Assembly (NCBI RefSeq): GCF_006345805.1
Contig: NC_043013.1
Location: 2,790,001-2,854,000 of the forward strand
Origin: Octopus sinensis
Taxonomy: Eukaryota
Length of the DNA stretch: 64,000 bases
Reading direction: 5' to 3'
Shown here: positions 1 to 13,333 of the stretch, one piece after another
Position numbering within the stretch: the first letter of the stretch is position 1
How the letters are laid out: the number at the start of each line of letters is the position of its first letter
Position numbers and translations under genes: made by a program
The notes under the pieces: model-generated
Databases searched by the model: none
What the model saw: only the letters and a program-made list of their open reading frames with translations
Told to the model about the DNA's origin: nothing

Positions 1-1
1 G

Positions 2-486
2 ATTGACGTGAGCACACACTGTGACCATAATATCTCGGCAAAAGAATTTGATAAGCTCAGAAAATATAAGGATCTGCTAATCTGAATCGAAAATATGTGG
101 GATTTCAAGACAGTTACAATACCAGTGATTGATTGTAAGAGCACTTGGAATGATCAAAAAAGTAACTGAAAATGTTCCCTGGTTTACCATCCATGCAGGA
201 AGTGCAAAAGGTTGTTTTGACTGGTACATCATACGTATTGAGAAGAGTATTGTCGCTGTAAATTTTCTTCCCTTTTCCTCCCTTTATTTTATTTATTTAC
301 TTTTCTATTTTTTAATTTTTTTAATTTTTTTCTTTGTCTTCTCCCTTTTCTCTATCACATAACTCTGTAAATGAATAATCTGGTGTGCTTGTTTTAATGG
401 CCTACCAATGTATACAGTACGTTTCTCTGCCATAGGCGTCAGGAATACATTCGGCAAGAAATGGAAATACAATTGAAAGAAAATTC
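2..486 (+). mobile_element. 3' end of RLE-type non-LTR retrotransposon (R4/Dong-like): degenerate endonuclease C-terminus plus 3' UTR
   Basis: Frame 2 reads IDVSTHCDHNISAKEFDKLRKYKDLLI*IENMWDFKTVTIPVI, then frameshifts to IVRALGMIKK...GLPSMQEVQKVVLTGTSYVLRRVLSL*. This is the typical K..KY..L / P.I.GALG end of a restriction-like endonuclease. The UTR runs directly into (TAA)n. Confidence 0.8.
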
Positions 487-521
487 TAATAATAATAATA
501 ATGATAATAATAATAATAATA

Positions 522-571
<50 letters not shown>

Positions 572-586
572 ATAATAATAATAATA

Positions 587-639
<53 letters not shown>

Positions 640-726
640 AATAATAATAATAATGATAATAATAATAATAATAATAATAATTATGATGATGATGATGATA
701 ATAATAATAATAATATAATAATAATA

Positions 727-786
<60 letters not shown>
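487..786. repeat. Compound (AAT)n/(GAT)n microsatellite
   Basis: Directly visible trinucleotide arrays. Confidence 0.97.
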
Positions 787-787
<1 letters not shown>

Positions 788-807
788 TTCGACGTATTTA
801 ATCAACA

Positions 808-932
808 TATTTCATCGACCCCGAAAGGATCAAAGGCAATGCTAACCTCAGTGGAATTTGAACTCAAGACCGTAAAAACAGACGAAACATCGCTAAGCAT
901 TTTGTCCGATGGTTCTGCCAGCTCGCCGCCTT
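808..932 (-). mobile_element. SINE family 2 (tRNA-derived head AAGGCGGCGAGCTGGCAGAA), partial
   Basis: Matches the other copies: ATCGACCCCGAAAGG...GGAATTTGAACTCA...GCCAGCTCGCCGCCTT. Confidence 0.85.
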
Positions 933-1165
933 AATTTATATATTAATATCCTAAGGCCGAATGCGTTACGCTGACATATGGTTAGTTGCAGGGAGGATCA
1001 AACGCGAGAGATAAAGAGGAAGAGTGAAGTACTAACGAGGAAAGTAATATTTATTATGTGGTTAAAAAGTTGAAGGGAGTGATAAAGAGAAAGTGAGTTA
1101 GAAATACATTGCTTGGTACAGGGCTGATGTTCTGGTGGTGATGTTAAAGAAATGCAGATAGAGAG

Positions 1166-1196
<31 letters not shown>

Positions 1197-1284
1197 GTGA
1201 GGTTACATTATGAGTGAGAGGCAAATAAAGTGAGAGCAGCGACGCTATGTCAGTCGATGCATTACGCGGTCAAGTGGATAGTAG

Positions 1285-1513
1285 AAGAAAATTAGTAGAG
1301 GTGATGCAACAACTGGGCGTACTATTTCACAGTTGAAAAGTCTGTAAATTAAAAATTCGTTTCAAATTTTGACACAAGGCCAGCAATTCTGGGACGGGAG
1401 GTAAGTCGATTATATTGACTCCAGTGCTTAACGGGCACTTATTTTATTGACCCTGAAAGAATGAACAGCAAAGTCAACCCCAGAAGAATTCCAACTCCGA
1501 AGGTAGAGACGAA
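1285..1513. repeat. Inverted duplicate of 5371-5599 (SINE family 2 part plus unique flank)
   Basis: Near-identical to the reverse complement of 5371-5599, including about 70 bp of non-SINE flank. Confidence 0.9.
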
Positions 1514-2004
1514 GAGAAACAGCAATGATAACCACTTGAAGAGGGGAATTACATGGTTAAAACGTTTGTTGAAGTTAAAGATAGAGAGAAAACGAAGAGA
1601 TAGAAATATAAAGTGTTTAGCAGAATGAAATTCTAAACATCACATATTGTTGTGACTGACAAGAGAATAACATTTGAATACTAAATTTTTTTTTGTATCT
1701 CCTATCTGTCGATCTATTTATCTATCTATCCACATTGACAAAAACATCGCTGCGTGGTCGGCGGAAAGAATATATGGGATATAATAATAACATTATCATA
1801 GAGAGGTAGATTTTTCAATGAAAGTGAAATAACTTAGCAAAATAGCCGTTGATGCTATTTTTTTTTTTTATATTTGTTATTCGAACTTTGTTTTGTCAGA
1901 CTAGATAGAAACATCGACAACAAGAAAAGTAGATTCGAAGAAATATTTGAACTGAACTGAATTGAAAATAATCTTGTTTAGGAAGCAACGAAGACTGAGC
2001 TATA

Positions 2005-2188
2005 ATGGCGGTGGTGATGATTATGGTGGTGGTGGTGGTGGTGGTGGTGGTGGTGGTGGTGGTGGTGGTGGTGGTGGTGACGGTGGTGACGATGATGGTG
2101 GTGGTGGTGGTGGTGGTGGCGGTGGTGGTGACGGTGGTGGTGGTGGTGATGATGATGGTGGTGGAGGTGGTGGAGGTGGCTGTGGTGT
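2005..2188. repeat. (GGT)n microsatellite
   Basis: Directly visible. Confidence 0.95.
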
Positions 2189-2490
2189 GTAGAGAGTGAA
2201 AAGTGTAGTCTCTTCTATTGAACTAGATTTTTTTATATTGCCCATCACTTAACGCATGCGCATAAGTGCAATTTTTTCTCGTTAGCTCGCTTGAAAATTG
2301 ATATTTGTTAGTAAAATATGGATAACAGACGATGTACGCTAGCAAGAGAAAAAATGAAACGGTACAGGCAACGACATAAAGAGAATCAGAGGGTCGAATG
2401 AGTAGAACGGGAATCAGCAGCGTAGAAGAGAAAATGTGAATCCAAGAGAATGTAGAATACAGATAAGAGAACATGTTCAAGAAAAAATAA

Positions 2491-2684
2491 GGCCAGCACT
2501 TTCAAATGAGGCGGTAAGTCGATTGTATCGGTTCCAGTGCTCAACTGGTACTTATTTTATCGATGCCAAAAGATTGAAAAGGCAAGTTGACGTCGATGAA
2601 ATTTGAGCTCAGAACGTAAAGACGGATGAAATGCTGCTACGCATTTTATCTGGCTTGCTAACCATTCTGCCAGCTCGCCGCCTT
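2491..2684 (-). mobile_element. SINE family 2a copy
   Basis: GGCCAGCA...AAGTCGATT...GGTACTTATTTTATCG...GCCAGCTCGCCGCCTT. Confidence 0.85.
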
Positions 2685-2694
2685 AATAATAATA

Positions 2695-3004
2695 ACAAGT
2701 GAGAAAGCCAAACGAAAAAAAAAAATAACTGTAAACAGATGGTTTGAAAGTTACAACATTGGTGACATGGATATTCTCTGTGATCATTGCGAAATTCTTC
2801 GGTTTATAAACAATCCTTTGAACTGCTGAGAGAATAGAAAAGTCATACTCCCTCAATTACAGCATTATCCAGAACTGAAAGGATTTTTAAATGAAAATAA
2901 TGCAGAATATACAATTTCAAAAGAAACACTAATAATTATGGTTCTATAGAAACTTACAACGATATAAAAAAATTCGTACCGTGGAATTGCCACGGGTACT
3001 GCTA
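2695..3004 (+). mobile_element. Helitron remnant (N-terminal Cys-rich Rep region plus 3' hairpin)
   Basis: Translates YNIGDMDILCDHCEILRFINNPLNC*ENRKVILPQLQHYPELK, matching the CxxC...CC.NGKV.LP pattern. Hairpin CCGTGG-AATTG-CCACGG at 2979-2995 is followed by GTACTGCTA (degenerate CTAG end). Confidence 0.6.
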
Positions 3005-3026
3005 ATAATAATAATCATAAAAATGG

Positions 3027-3224
3027 GTTCAAATTATGGTACGAGGCCAGCACTTTCAAGTGAGACGGTAAATCTATTGTATTGGTCCCTGTGCTCAACC
3101 GGTACTTATTTTATCGACCTCGAAAGATTGAAAAGCCAAGTCGACGTCGGCGAAATTTGAGCTCAGACCGTAAAGACGGCTTGCTAACCATCTGGCTTGC
3201 TAACCATTTTACCAGCTCACCGCC

Positions 3225-3226
<2 letters not shown>
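3027..3226 (-). mobile_element. SINE family 2a copy
   Basis: Same family motifs; shares private variants with 2491-2684. Confidence 0.85.
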
Positions 3227-3283
<57 letters not shown>

Positions 3284-3629
3284 CATAATTTCTTATGTGA
3301 CAAAAAGACCAAGGCTTTGCAGATAAGACGTATTTAAGCAGATAAGACGCTTTTTATTAATTCCTGAAGGACTAAAAATTTTATCTCAGAAAAATTTGAA
3401 TCCAGAACGCAAGAAACGTGACTAAATATCACGAGCTTTTCCCCCAGTACCCTTCCGAATATGCTATAGCTACAACAAGAATTTCTAACATAAGCACTAC
3501 GCAAGAAATTTTGTCCAAAGGGTTTGGCGATAACCATTACTGGATACAAATTTGGTCCTGATTCAGAATATAAAGAACCACACACTGCATTGTTTCACTC
3601 TAACGATTCTAGATCCTGACTTAGATACA

Positions 3630-3822
3630 AGTCCAGTAATCTAAAGGGGCGGGAGTTAATCGATAATACCATCGACCCCCAGTACTTAACAGATATTTTA
3701 TCTTATCGATCTTGAAAGCATGAAAAGCAAAGTTGATCTCCACGAGATTTGAATTCACAAAGCAAGGATTTAGAAGTAATACAGCAAAACGTTTTTGCCG
3801 ACATTGTAACGCTCCTGCCATA
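3630..3822 (-). mobile_element. Degenerate SINE family 2a copy
   Basis: ATCGACCCCCAGT...TATCGATCTTGAAAGCATGAAAAGCAAAGTTGATCTC...GATTTGAATTC...CTGCCA. Confidence 0.7.
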
Positions 3823-3995
<173 letters not shown>

Positions 3996-4410
3996 ATTTC
4001 AAACGAAAACAACAAGCAAGAGAATAACGTAAAAAAATACAGAAAAACATTAGCATTAAACAAAGAAAACAAATAACTCTGGAAATAGAAAACGCTTTTC
4101 TTTCTATCCATATTTCATCCTGTTACTATTCACAGTTGCTTGACATATTGTGGACCGTCTGCTTAGTGAATTAAGTAAAGGACTGCGGTCGCCATCTTCA
4201 ATACACGTCGTCTGCTTCTCACAATAGTCGACATTAGCTTAATAGAATTACACACGTCATATGTTGTCTTTTCTGATGTATTTATTCAAAAACATTCACA
4301 AACACATACACCGTTGATCGTTATCATTTGTCATTACACACACACACACACACACACATACACACACTTACACACACACACACACAGAAATACACATTCA
4401 AATATGATTG

Positions 4411-4448
<38 letters not shown>

Positions 4449-4668
4449 TATATTATAGATATATATGTACAAGCGTGTATGCTGTGTGTATGTTTATATA
4501 CATATACTTACATGCATATACACACGTACATGCATATGTCTGTGTGTCTGTGTGTTTGTGTAATATACATACATATAAACATTATGAATTATACATAGAG
4601 TAGATACATCAATAAATATATAGTATATATATATATATATTATATATATATATATATATATAATATAT

Positions 4669-4758
<90 letters not shown>

Positions 4759-4794
4759 CATGCAGATACATATATATATCACCATTTACTGACT

Positions 4795-4851
<57 letters not shown>

Positions 4852-5312
4852 GCGTGTGTATGTATGTATGTATATAAGTAATTTATTCTTATAGGGTATG
4901 CAGCGGTGTGCACCAGTTTTTTTAAAATTTGTTTTTGAAGAATATATTTAAAGACTTTAGGAAATGCATACTAATGCTTGAATGTCTTGGAAAACGTGTT
5001 ATCCATAATGATGTTAAGCACAAGTAGTTTGATTTACGGTACAAGGTAAGTAGTTTGTAGACGTAGATTTTTACTTCAAAGTCGTTAGTCCGGCAGGAAT
5101 ATTTTGCTTTTGTTCTTTAGCACGTCGTGAAGACAGACGTATTGGGGCGCTCTGATAATAGCTATCTATGTGTGTGCGTTTTGTGTGTGTGTGTGTGTGT
5201 GCGTGTGTGTGTGTGTGTCTGTACGTGTGTATGTGTGAGAGAGAGTGAGAGAGAGATTCCAAAAAGAAACCGATCAATATAAATCTTAAATTTAACATTC
5301 TATTCACAATTC

Positions 5313-5526
5313 CAGGTAGTAAGCTGACAGAACCATTAACATGCCGGGCAAAATGCTTAGCGGCATTTCGTTCGTCTCTACCTTCGGAGTTGGAATTCTT
5401 CTGGGGTTGACTTTGCTGTTCATTCTTTCAGGGTCAATAAAATAAGTGCCCGTTAAGCACTGGAGTCAATATAATCGACTTACCTCCCGTCCCAGAATTG
5501 CTGGCCTTGTGTCAAAATTTGAAACG
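5313..5526 (+). mobile_element. SINE family 2a, near full length
   Basis: Head AAGCTGACAGAACC...GCTTAGCGGCATTTCG; tail GCTGGCCTTGTGTCAAAATTTGAAAC. Confidence 0.85.
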
Positions 5527-6289
5527 AATTTTTAATTTACAGACTTTTCAACTGTGAAATAGTACTCCCAATTGTTGCATCACTTCTACTCATTTTCTTT
5601 TTCATAATTAATGCACAGTTCATGTAACGAAATTTCTTAAATCTTTCCTGTCGTCTATAATCAGTGACCTTCCAGGGTGGTTTTCCAATTTGGAAACCAG
5701 GAACTGCAGTGGCTGAGTGATAAATGTTGACTCCTACATTTCTAAAGCATCGCAGACGTGATATGACGCCCCGTGTAGGCGTTAAAACAGCCAGGTTTTG
5801 TATATCCTCAGGCTTCTTCGGGCTTTCTCTAAAACAATTCAGAATAATCAAGACTCTTTATTGATTTTGTGTCCACGTGGATTAAATTCGTTACGAACGA
5901 TGCGCATCTATTGGAATTATTTCACCATCATCTTCACACACTGACGTATTTTTTTCTTATTTTTTATCTATTGCGACGACGATAATCTAAACTACTGCAA
6001 AGATTGCTTTCTTATTTCAACAGAGTAGACGTACTGACACATTTGTTACTTCTCAAGGCAATTTTCAGAAAGTGGTAATCGATTTTAATGATCAAACAGT
6101 TCCTGACTGACCCTGATTCAGTTCCTTTTTTGCAAATCTGTTTGTAGACACGACACAATATTAAGAAAGAAAATGACCTACGAAAAGCAAAGGTATACTT
6201 CATAAGTGTTCAAAATCCAAAACTAAATCGGAAATAGCCAACATCACTGCTAAAGACGATTGCCACTATACAGATTACCCCTTAAAAGG

Positions 6290-6672
6290 TGCGTTTCAGA
6301 AGCGTCCCCAAAGTCCATCCCCTCCTCACCGTGGTGGGGACGCTGGCAACGGGCAGTGTCAGAGCTATGCCGTCGGGAACTTCGGTTCCTGGTAGGGCCA
6401 CCCAAGGCGGATTGGTCTGACACCGAGTGGTATTAGGGCCACAACCCGGCAGACGGGGCTCTGGTGAAAATCCTCGGAGTGTCTGTTTCGGCAACCGGCG
6501 GCTCCTCGGTCGTTCTGTCTCTGCGTCTGCGGACAATCTGCGGCAAACAGGATGTCTCTACATGCGGGATTGTTGCGGACCGCTTGTGAAATTCACATAT
6601 TCCCACGAAACTTCTTCTAAGGAAGAAGCCGACTCAACCCGCCCAGGCTGAATGTCGCCACAAGTACAAGTA
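6290..6672 (+). mobile_element. Short bipartite RTE/BovB-like non-autonomous retroelement
   Basis: GC-rich island with CGTGGTGGGG...GAGCTATGCCGT...CCTGGTAGGGCCACCCAAGGCGGA, which resembles RTE/BovB 5' UTR motifs (from recall). Ends in an ACAAGT-ACAAGT tail. Confidence 0.6.
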
Positions 6673-7074
6673 GTTTCAAAAGCAGTATACAGCGAAAGCG
6701 ATTACACGGTACGAACACTTTTTTTCCAAATGATTTAGGTCTTTCTGTTCGTTTATAAGGTATAATGTAATTAAAGATTTTTAATTAAAGGGAAGATTTC
6801 TTCAAATATTGACTGTATTGAGAGTTCTTACTAAAAACTTCCCATTCTCTCTCTCTCTCTCTCTCTCTTCAATCTATTTATCTATCTGTATACATATGCT
6901 CATCTGTATGTATGTATGTATGTAAGTATGTATTATGTATGTATGTATGTAATGTATGTATGTATGTATGTATGTATGTATGTATGTATGTATGTATGTA
7001 TGTATGTATGTATGTATGTATTATGTATGTATGTATGTATGTATGTATGTATGTATTTATGTGTAATATATATA

Positions 7075-7255
7075 CAGGGGGAGAATTCACACAAAAAAAA
7101 ACAAACGACGAAGAGACGTGGTGTAGAGAACAAACAGATATATTTGTATAACGCTCGGGAAGTGAAAAAGTCTTTAACGTTTCGAGCCTACGCTCTTCCA
7201 CAGAAAGGAACACAGAAAGAAACAAGGAAAGAAAATAAAGAATGTGTAATGGCTA
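7075..7255 (-). mobile_element. Penelope-like short repeat family A (about 190 bp, contains hammerhead-like motif)
   Basis: Homologous to 11550-11738, 34465-34605 and 38395-38593; embedded in (TA)/(TATG)n. Confidence 0.7.
7172..7207 (-). ncRNA. Minimal type I hammerhead-like motif (family A)
   Basis: Minus strand: CTTT-CTGTGGA-A-GAGC gtag GCTC-GAAA-CG-TT-AAAG. Confidence 0.55.
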
Positions 7256-7304
7256 TCTATCTATTTTTATTTTTTATTTTACTTTATTTATTTATTTTTT
7301 TCAT

Positions 7305-7576
<272 letters not shown>

Positions 7577-7699
7577 CTGTCTGTATGTATGTATGCATGT
7601 ATGCATGTATGTATGTATGCATATATATATATTTATAAATAAATGTATTTATGTATATATATATATATATATATATGTTTATAGATCATACAAACAGTA

Positions 7700-8047
7700 G
7701 AAGAAAAAACAAAAACTGTTGGCGCATCTACTGTATGGAGGCCCGTGTTCTGGGAACAAAGCAAAGACATAAGTATTGCTTGAAATATCAACTGAAAACA
7801 AAAATATATTTGTGTGGAAAGTTGGGAAATATTTGCTATCGATAGGGCATCGTAGAGGAAAAAATGTAGAAAGTTGCCAAGCAATTTGAAGAGAATCGTA
7901 TAAAATATACAAGATTAAAATGGGATGAGAGCAGAGGAGAGGAATCCCAATATATCGACAATTTATTAAACTGTTCAACTTGGAACTGAATCTGTTTATC
8001 GAAGGCTGGTGTTGTTAGTCATTCAATTAGATGTGAATCAAAGTAAG
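7700..8047 (+). pseudogene. Decayed RTE-clade LINE C-terminus
   Basis: Fragments LLYG..CSGNK / QRHKYCLKYQLK / WEIFAIDRAS*RKK..FEENRI match the RTE W...A.DR..WR pattern. Confidence 0.55.
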
Positions 8048-8069
8048 CTAATAATAATAAACCTTCACC

Positions 8070-8290
8070 ATCTGACGTATCATACGCCTAACCATCATGA
8101 AATAAATGGTATAGTTTTCTTGGGGCACCAGAAAGATCCACGTCTGTAGGCAATGTTGTTTCTCATTATTCTGCAGTGCATTTAACTGAGAAGAGACATT
8201 TATGATGCAGCTGGGGCAAATGCTACATATCACAGCTAAATTAAAAAGTGTCATCATCTTGCAGCTCATTAGCAATCAATGATAATACTC
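8070..8290 (-). pseudogene. Highly decayed RTE-like RT fragment
   Basis: Minus strand reads ...GAPRKLYHLFHDG*, resembling G.P.K....LFHDGM. Confidence 0.4.
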
Positions 8291-8447
8291 ATTATTGAGT
8301 CGACTTTCACTAAGTATCCAAACACACACACACACTGACAGACAGAGAAATAGATAGGTTGGTAGATTGACAAATAGACAAACAGACAGATATATATATA
8401 TTATATATATATATACACACACACACATATATATTATATATATATAT

Positions 8448-8875
<428 letters not shown>

Positions 8876-9194
8876 ATGTTAAAATAGTCATATAGATGAG
8901 TAGAGAGTTCGTTCACCCCAGATCACAAATGGATTCCTGATGAAACACAATGATTGTTTAATCGGTCGCCGTCCGACCCCCGCCTCGCGGCCCCGAACCC
9001 ATCTTCTGTTCCTTTGTCATCGTCTTTTCATTGCATCTTACAATGACATATCTTTCTCCTCCAACCACGACGAAAGGTTTACAAATTATGTATCATCCCG
9101 AATCAACAAACACGGCCTACAATTTCTACCTCCCTCTCTGCTTTACAATAAAGCAACTACGCACATACACACACACACACAAATACACACACAA

Positions 9195-9237
<43 letters not shown>

Positions 9238-9300
9238 CATGCACACACACATACACACAAAACACACACACACACACACACAAATACACACACGCACGCA

Positions 9301-9338
<38 letters not shown>

Positions 9339-10030
9339 TCAATATAAATGCATCCAGAAATATTTTGTCATACACATGCCTTCACTACGCTTACACACAC
9401 ACATACACACTCACACACTCACACACTCACACACGCACACACACACACACACACACATGCATACATTCACACAAACACAGTTGCATCTATATACATAGCT
9501 ACATATAGACACAAGGGATCTGGAACTAGATATATATTATGACAAAAAGTGTGCCGTCTCCTCTCACTCACCGGCCTTTTTTTGCTTCCGCCCACGCATA
9601 AACGTGTCAGAAGTCCTTGAGGTCTCGGGGAGTTGAGTAATGATGGGGATGTTGAAGGTGGTGGTGGTGGTGGTGGTGGTGGTCACTTACTAATACCTTA
9701 ACACAGTTTGGTGTGAAAAGAAGAGGCAAGAATGACACCGTTTTGCCGTGTGCTGGTTACCAGCTGTACGTGGTCTGTGTCAATTGGGAGGGGTGTGCGT
9801 ATCGGGGTTGGGAGTTGGGGGTCTTTATCTGTGTGTGTACGTGTGTGTGTGTGCATGTGTGTGTGTGTGCATCTGTGTGTGACTATTTGTGTATTTGTGT
9901 GTTTCTGAGTAAACATATATGTATACATATATTTTTGCATAGAGCGAACTGCATATTCCCCCCCCCTCCCTCTCTCTCTTTCTATATATATATATGTTGT
10001 GTGTGTGTATGTGTGTTACATGTGTGTATG

Positions 10031-10062
<32 letters not shown>

Positions 10063-10065
10063 TAC

Positions 10066-10106
<41 letters not shown>

Positions 10107-10319
10107 TAGATATAGATATATACATATATATAAGTAATTAGTATGTGTATGTCTACAGTCATGCATATATGCATGTATGCACATATGTCCTTTATATTTT
10201 CACAACTAACTGCATCTTCCTCTCTTCTTCATTCCTGCTCATAAAACTGCATCCTCATCTGCTTTCTAACTTTTCTTCCCTTCCTTTCCACAACCCTCCT
10301 CTTTTTTCTTTCTTATTTT

Positions 10320-10470
10320 TTTTATGATAAGGGACTCCATGTCCGAAACATCAAGGATCTTTTCATTTTGTTTTCCCTTTTTAGTCGTGAAACTAACAAC
10401 ACCTCTATGAAATACTGTTTCACTTGCTGTGTGCTTTCTTGTTTTTCTCCTTATTCGTCATATACCTGCG
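10320..10470 (+). mobile_element. Diverged Penelope-like repeat with decayed hammerhead motif
   Basis: ATGATAA-G-GGAC tccat GTCC-GAAAC-ATC-AAGG. The downstream sequence loosely resembles family A. Confidence 0.45.
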
Positions 10471-10480
10471 TGTGTATATA

Positions 10481-10516
<36 letters not shown>

Positions 10517-10770
10517 TGTATGTATGTATGTATGTATGTATGTATGTATATTGAATTTATATGAACTATGTGTTGTGAATGTATGTCTACCTGCATGAGT
10601 GTGTATGCTCCGCGTGTCTAAGATAAATGTTATCAATAACATTAATGTCACTTTCTTTCATCCCGGCAGGTGTTTATGTTAGTCTAAAGTCTTCTTGCCT
10701 CTCGTATGTTAACTCCACCTCAGCTTTATTTTATGCAGAAAGCAGCCTTTGAGAAAATTTCTTATGTTAT

Positions 10771-11178
10771 GGCTGTGTGGTAAGTAGCTTGCTTACCAAC
10801 TACATGGTTCTGGGTTCAGTCCCACTGCGTGGCACTTTAGGCAGGTGTCTTCTACTACAGCCTCGGGCCGACGAAAGCCTTGTGAGTGGAGTTGGTAGAC
10901 GGAAACTGAAAGAAGCCTGTCGTGTATATGTATATATATATATATATGTGTGTGTGTGTTTGTGTGTGTGTGTATTTGTCCCCCCGACATCGCTTGACAA
11001 CCGATGGTGGTGTGTTTACGTCCCCGTAACTTAGCGGTTCGGCAAAAGAGACCGAGAGAATAAGTACTAGGCTTACAAAGAATAAGTCCTGGGGTCGATT
11101 TGCTCGACTAAAGGCGGTACTCCAGCATGGCCGCAGTCAAATGACTGAAACAAGTAAAAGAGTAAAAGAGTAAAAGAG
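10771..11178 (+). mobile_element. SINE family 1 (tRNA-derived), full length
   Basis: A/B-box-like GGCTGTGTGGTAAG...GGTTCAGTCCC; body TAGCCTCGGGCCGAC...GACGGAAACTGAAAGAAGCC; internal (TA/TG)n; tail CAGCATGGCCGCAGTCAAATGACTGAAAC plus (AGTAAAAG)n. Confidence 0.92.
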
Positions 11179-11254
11179 ATATATATAACATAAGAAATTT
11201 TTCGTAAACCTGTCGTATATATGTATATATATATATAATAGACCTTTATATAAA

Positions 11255-11475
11255 TAAATAACGTGAAATACACGAAGAGACGAACAAAAAGACAAACGGG
11301 TCATTCAAAGCCTTCATTCTTCAGTCAGAAACTGATCCCTCATCGCAGATTTCGGCTGTTTAATTCTGAGATCCGCTCCGAATCAGCCAGCCACAGAAGG
11401 AAAGAATGCAACGCAACAGAGACGAACATGAAACGAAAAATCTTTTTGGGGACAGTAACGATTAAAAACATGAAT
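11255..11475 (-). mobile_element. Penelope-like short repeat related to 22455-22780
   Basis: Shared CATTC.AAGCC.TCA.TC.TCAGTCA...ATTTCGGCTG.TTAAT..TGAGAT..GCTCCGA; flanked by (TA)n. Confidence 0.5.
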
Positions 11476-11481
11476 ATATAT

Positions 11482-11543
<62 letters not shown>

Positions 11544-11549
11544 TATATA

Positions 11550-11738
11550 TAACGGGAAAGTTTACGAAAATAAACAAAAGACGAAGGCAGGTGGAGTACA
11601 AACAAACAAATGTATTAGTATAGCGCTCAGAATAGAAATAGAACAAGTCTTTTAAGTTTCGAGTCTACGCTCGTCGACAGAAAGATACACAGAAAAGAAA
11701 CAAGGAGAGAAAAAAGTGCGTGTAAGAGCTAACGGTCG
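11550..11738 (-). mobile_element. Penelope-like family A repeat with hammerhead-like motif (11649-11684)
   Basis: Minus strand: CTTT-CTGTCGA-C-GAGC gtag ACTC-GAAA-CT-TA-AAAG. Confidence 0.7.
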
Positions 11739-11956
11739 TTTGTGTGTCTGTGTTTATGCCCCTACTATCGCTTGACAACCGATTCTTGTAGGTTCCCGTC
11801 CCCGTAGCTTAGCGGTTCGGCAAAAGAGACCGATAAAAAAAGTGCTACGCTGACAAAGAATAAGTTCTGGAGACGATTTGTTCGACTAAAGGCAATGCTC
11901 CAGCATGGCCGCAATCAAATGACTGAAACAAGTAAAAGAATAGAAGAATAAAAGAA
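11739..11956 (+). mobile_element. SINE family 1, 3' half
   Basis: TCGCTTGACAACCG...TTAGCGGTTCGGCAAAAGAGACCG...GACTGAAACAAGTAAAAGAA. Confidence 0.88.
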
Positions 11957-11982
11957 TATATATATATATATATATATATATA

Positions 11983-12400
11983 CTAGCAGAAATACCCGGC
12001 GTTGCCCAGTTACATTCAATTGAAGACTTAGACTTTTCTGTTATATTTTCTGTAATGAACTGGAATATCTATGTTTCGAATTTCATCAAAATTGCAGATG
12101 AGGGTTATTTCCCTCTTTACACACCCAATCAAAGTTGTAATCGTGCCACATGTATCCCATACTACTGATTTTTATGCGCATATTCCAAAATTCCAGTGTT
12201 ATTGAACCTGTTAAAAAGATTTTGCACTAAAAAAAAATGAAGGTCATGGAGCTCTAAAATGTGAGAGTTAAGGCCCTTGTTGGGAGTGGGCGTCTTAATG
12301 TCAACCAGAGAAGTTGAATTTTTGAAAATCTTTTTAACTTGGGTCTTATATCTATTGTTTGAATTTCTTTGAAATAGGAAATATATGTTCACCGGGTTTG
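11983..12400 (-). mobile_element. Non-autonomous Helitron 3' terminus (far boundary uncertain)
   Basis: Minus strand CTGGGCAACGCCGGG hairpin then TATTTCTGCTAG|T; same terminus type as at 34611. Confidence 0.6.
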
Positions 12401-12551
12401 TAAAAGAGAGTAAAGCTACAGGAAATCAAAAGACGAATGATCACAATAAGCAGTCAGCTACCCTACCCTAGTCGTTACTTGAAGTACCGGTTCAAGAACT
12501 ATGTTATATATATATGTGTGTGTGTGTGTGAGTATGTGTGTGTGTGTATAC

Positions 12552-12606
<55 letters not shown>

Positions 12607-12749
12607 CATATATGATATGTATATGTATACACACACACATACACAAAACAGACACACACACACACACACACACACACAGATAAATTGATAGATACAACTG
12701 AGTGGGCAAACAAGAATATGAGACACTTTGTAGTGCTTTTTTATATTTT

Positions 12750-13058
12750 GATAAGCCTGGTACTTATTCTATCAGTTTCTTCTTGTGAAACCAGTAAGTT
12801 ATGGGGATGCAAATAAACGAACACCAGTTGTGAAGCAGTGATGAGGGAGAAACACGAAGACACACACATAGACTTACATATATACATACATATACATACA
12901 ATTGATTTCTTTCAGTTTCTGTCTACAAAATCCACTGACCAGGCTTTGGTTGGTCTCAGGCTATAGCAGAAGACACATGCCAAGTTACTACACAGTGGGG
13001 TTGAACTGAGGACCATGTGTTTTGGAACCAAGTTTGTTACCACACGGCCACACCTGCA
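12750..13058 (-). mobile_element. SINE family 1, partial
   Basis: TTCTTTCAGTTTCTGTCTAC...GCTATAGCAGAAGACAC...TTACCACACGGCCAC. Confidence 0.85.
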
Positions 13059-13169
13059 CTTATGTATGTGTGTGAGCGGGTGTGTGTGAGTGTGTGTATG
13101 TGTGTATGGGTGTATATATGTATGCATATATATATGTGTATGTATTTGTGTACATATTACATGTATATC

Positions 13170-13203
<34 letters not shown>

Positions 13204-13333
13204 ATATATATATTATTATATATACATCTAGACATACATGTATATCTATAGAATACATCTATACATATAAAGCTATACATATACATGTATACATATACAG
13301 TTATATATATACATGTATATATATATATATATA

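Noticed and set aside
5537-5851. 104-aa minus-strand ORF
   Set aside because: No recognisable domain, non-ATG start, and no supporting splice context.
6005-6110. Possible exon after acceptor-like TTTCTTATTTCAACAG
   Set aside because: No convincing donor or recognisable peptide; it cannot be supported without transcript data.
10771-10835. tRNA gene
   Set aside because: A/B-box-like motifs belong to SINE heads that continue into SINE bodies; no convincing cloverleaf.
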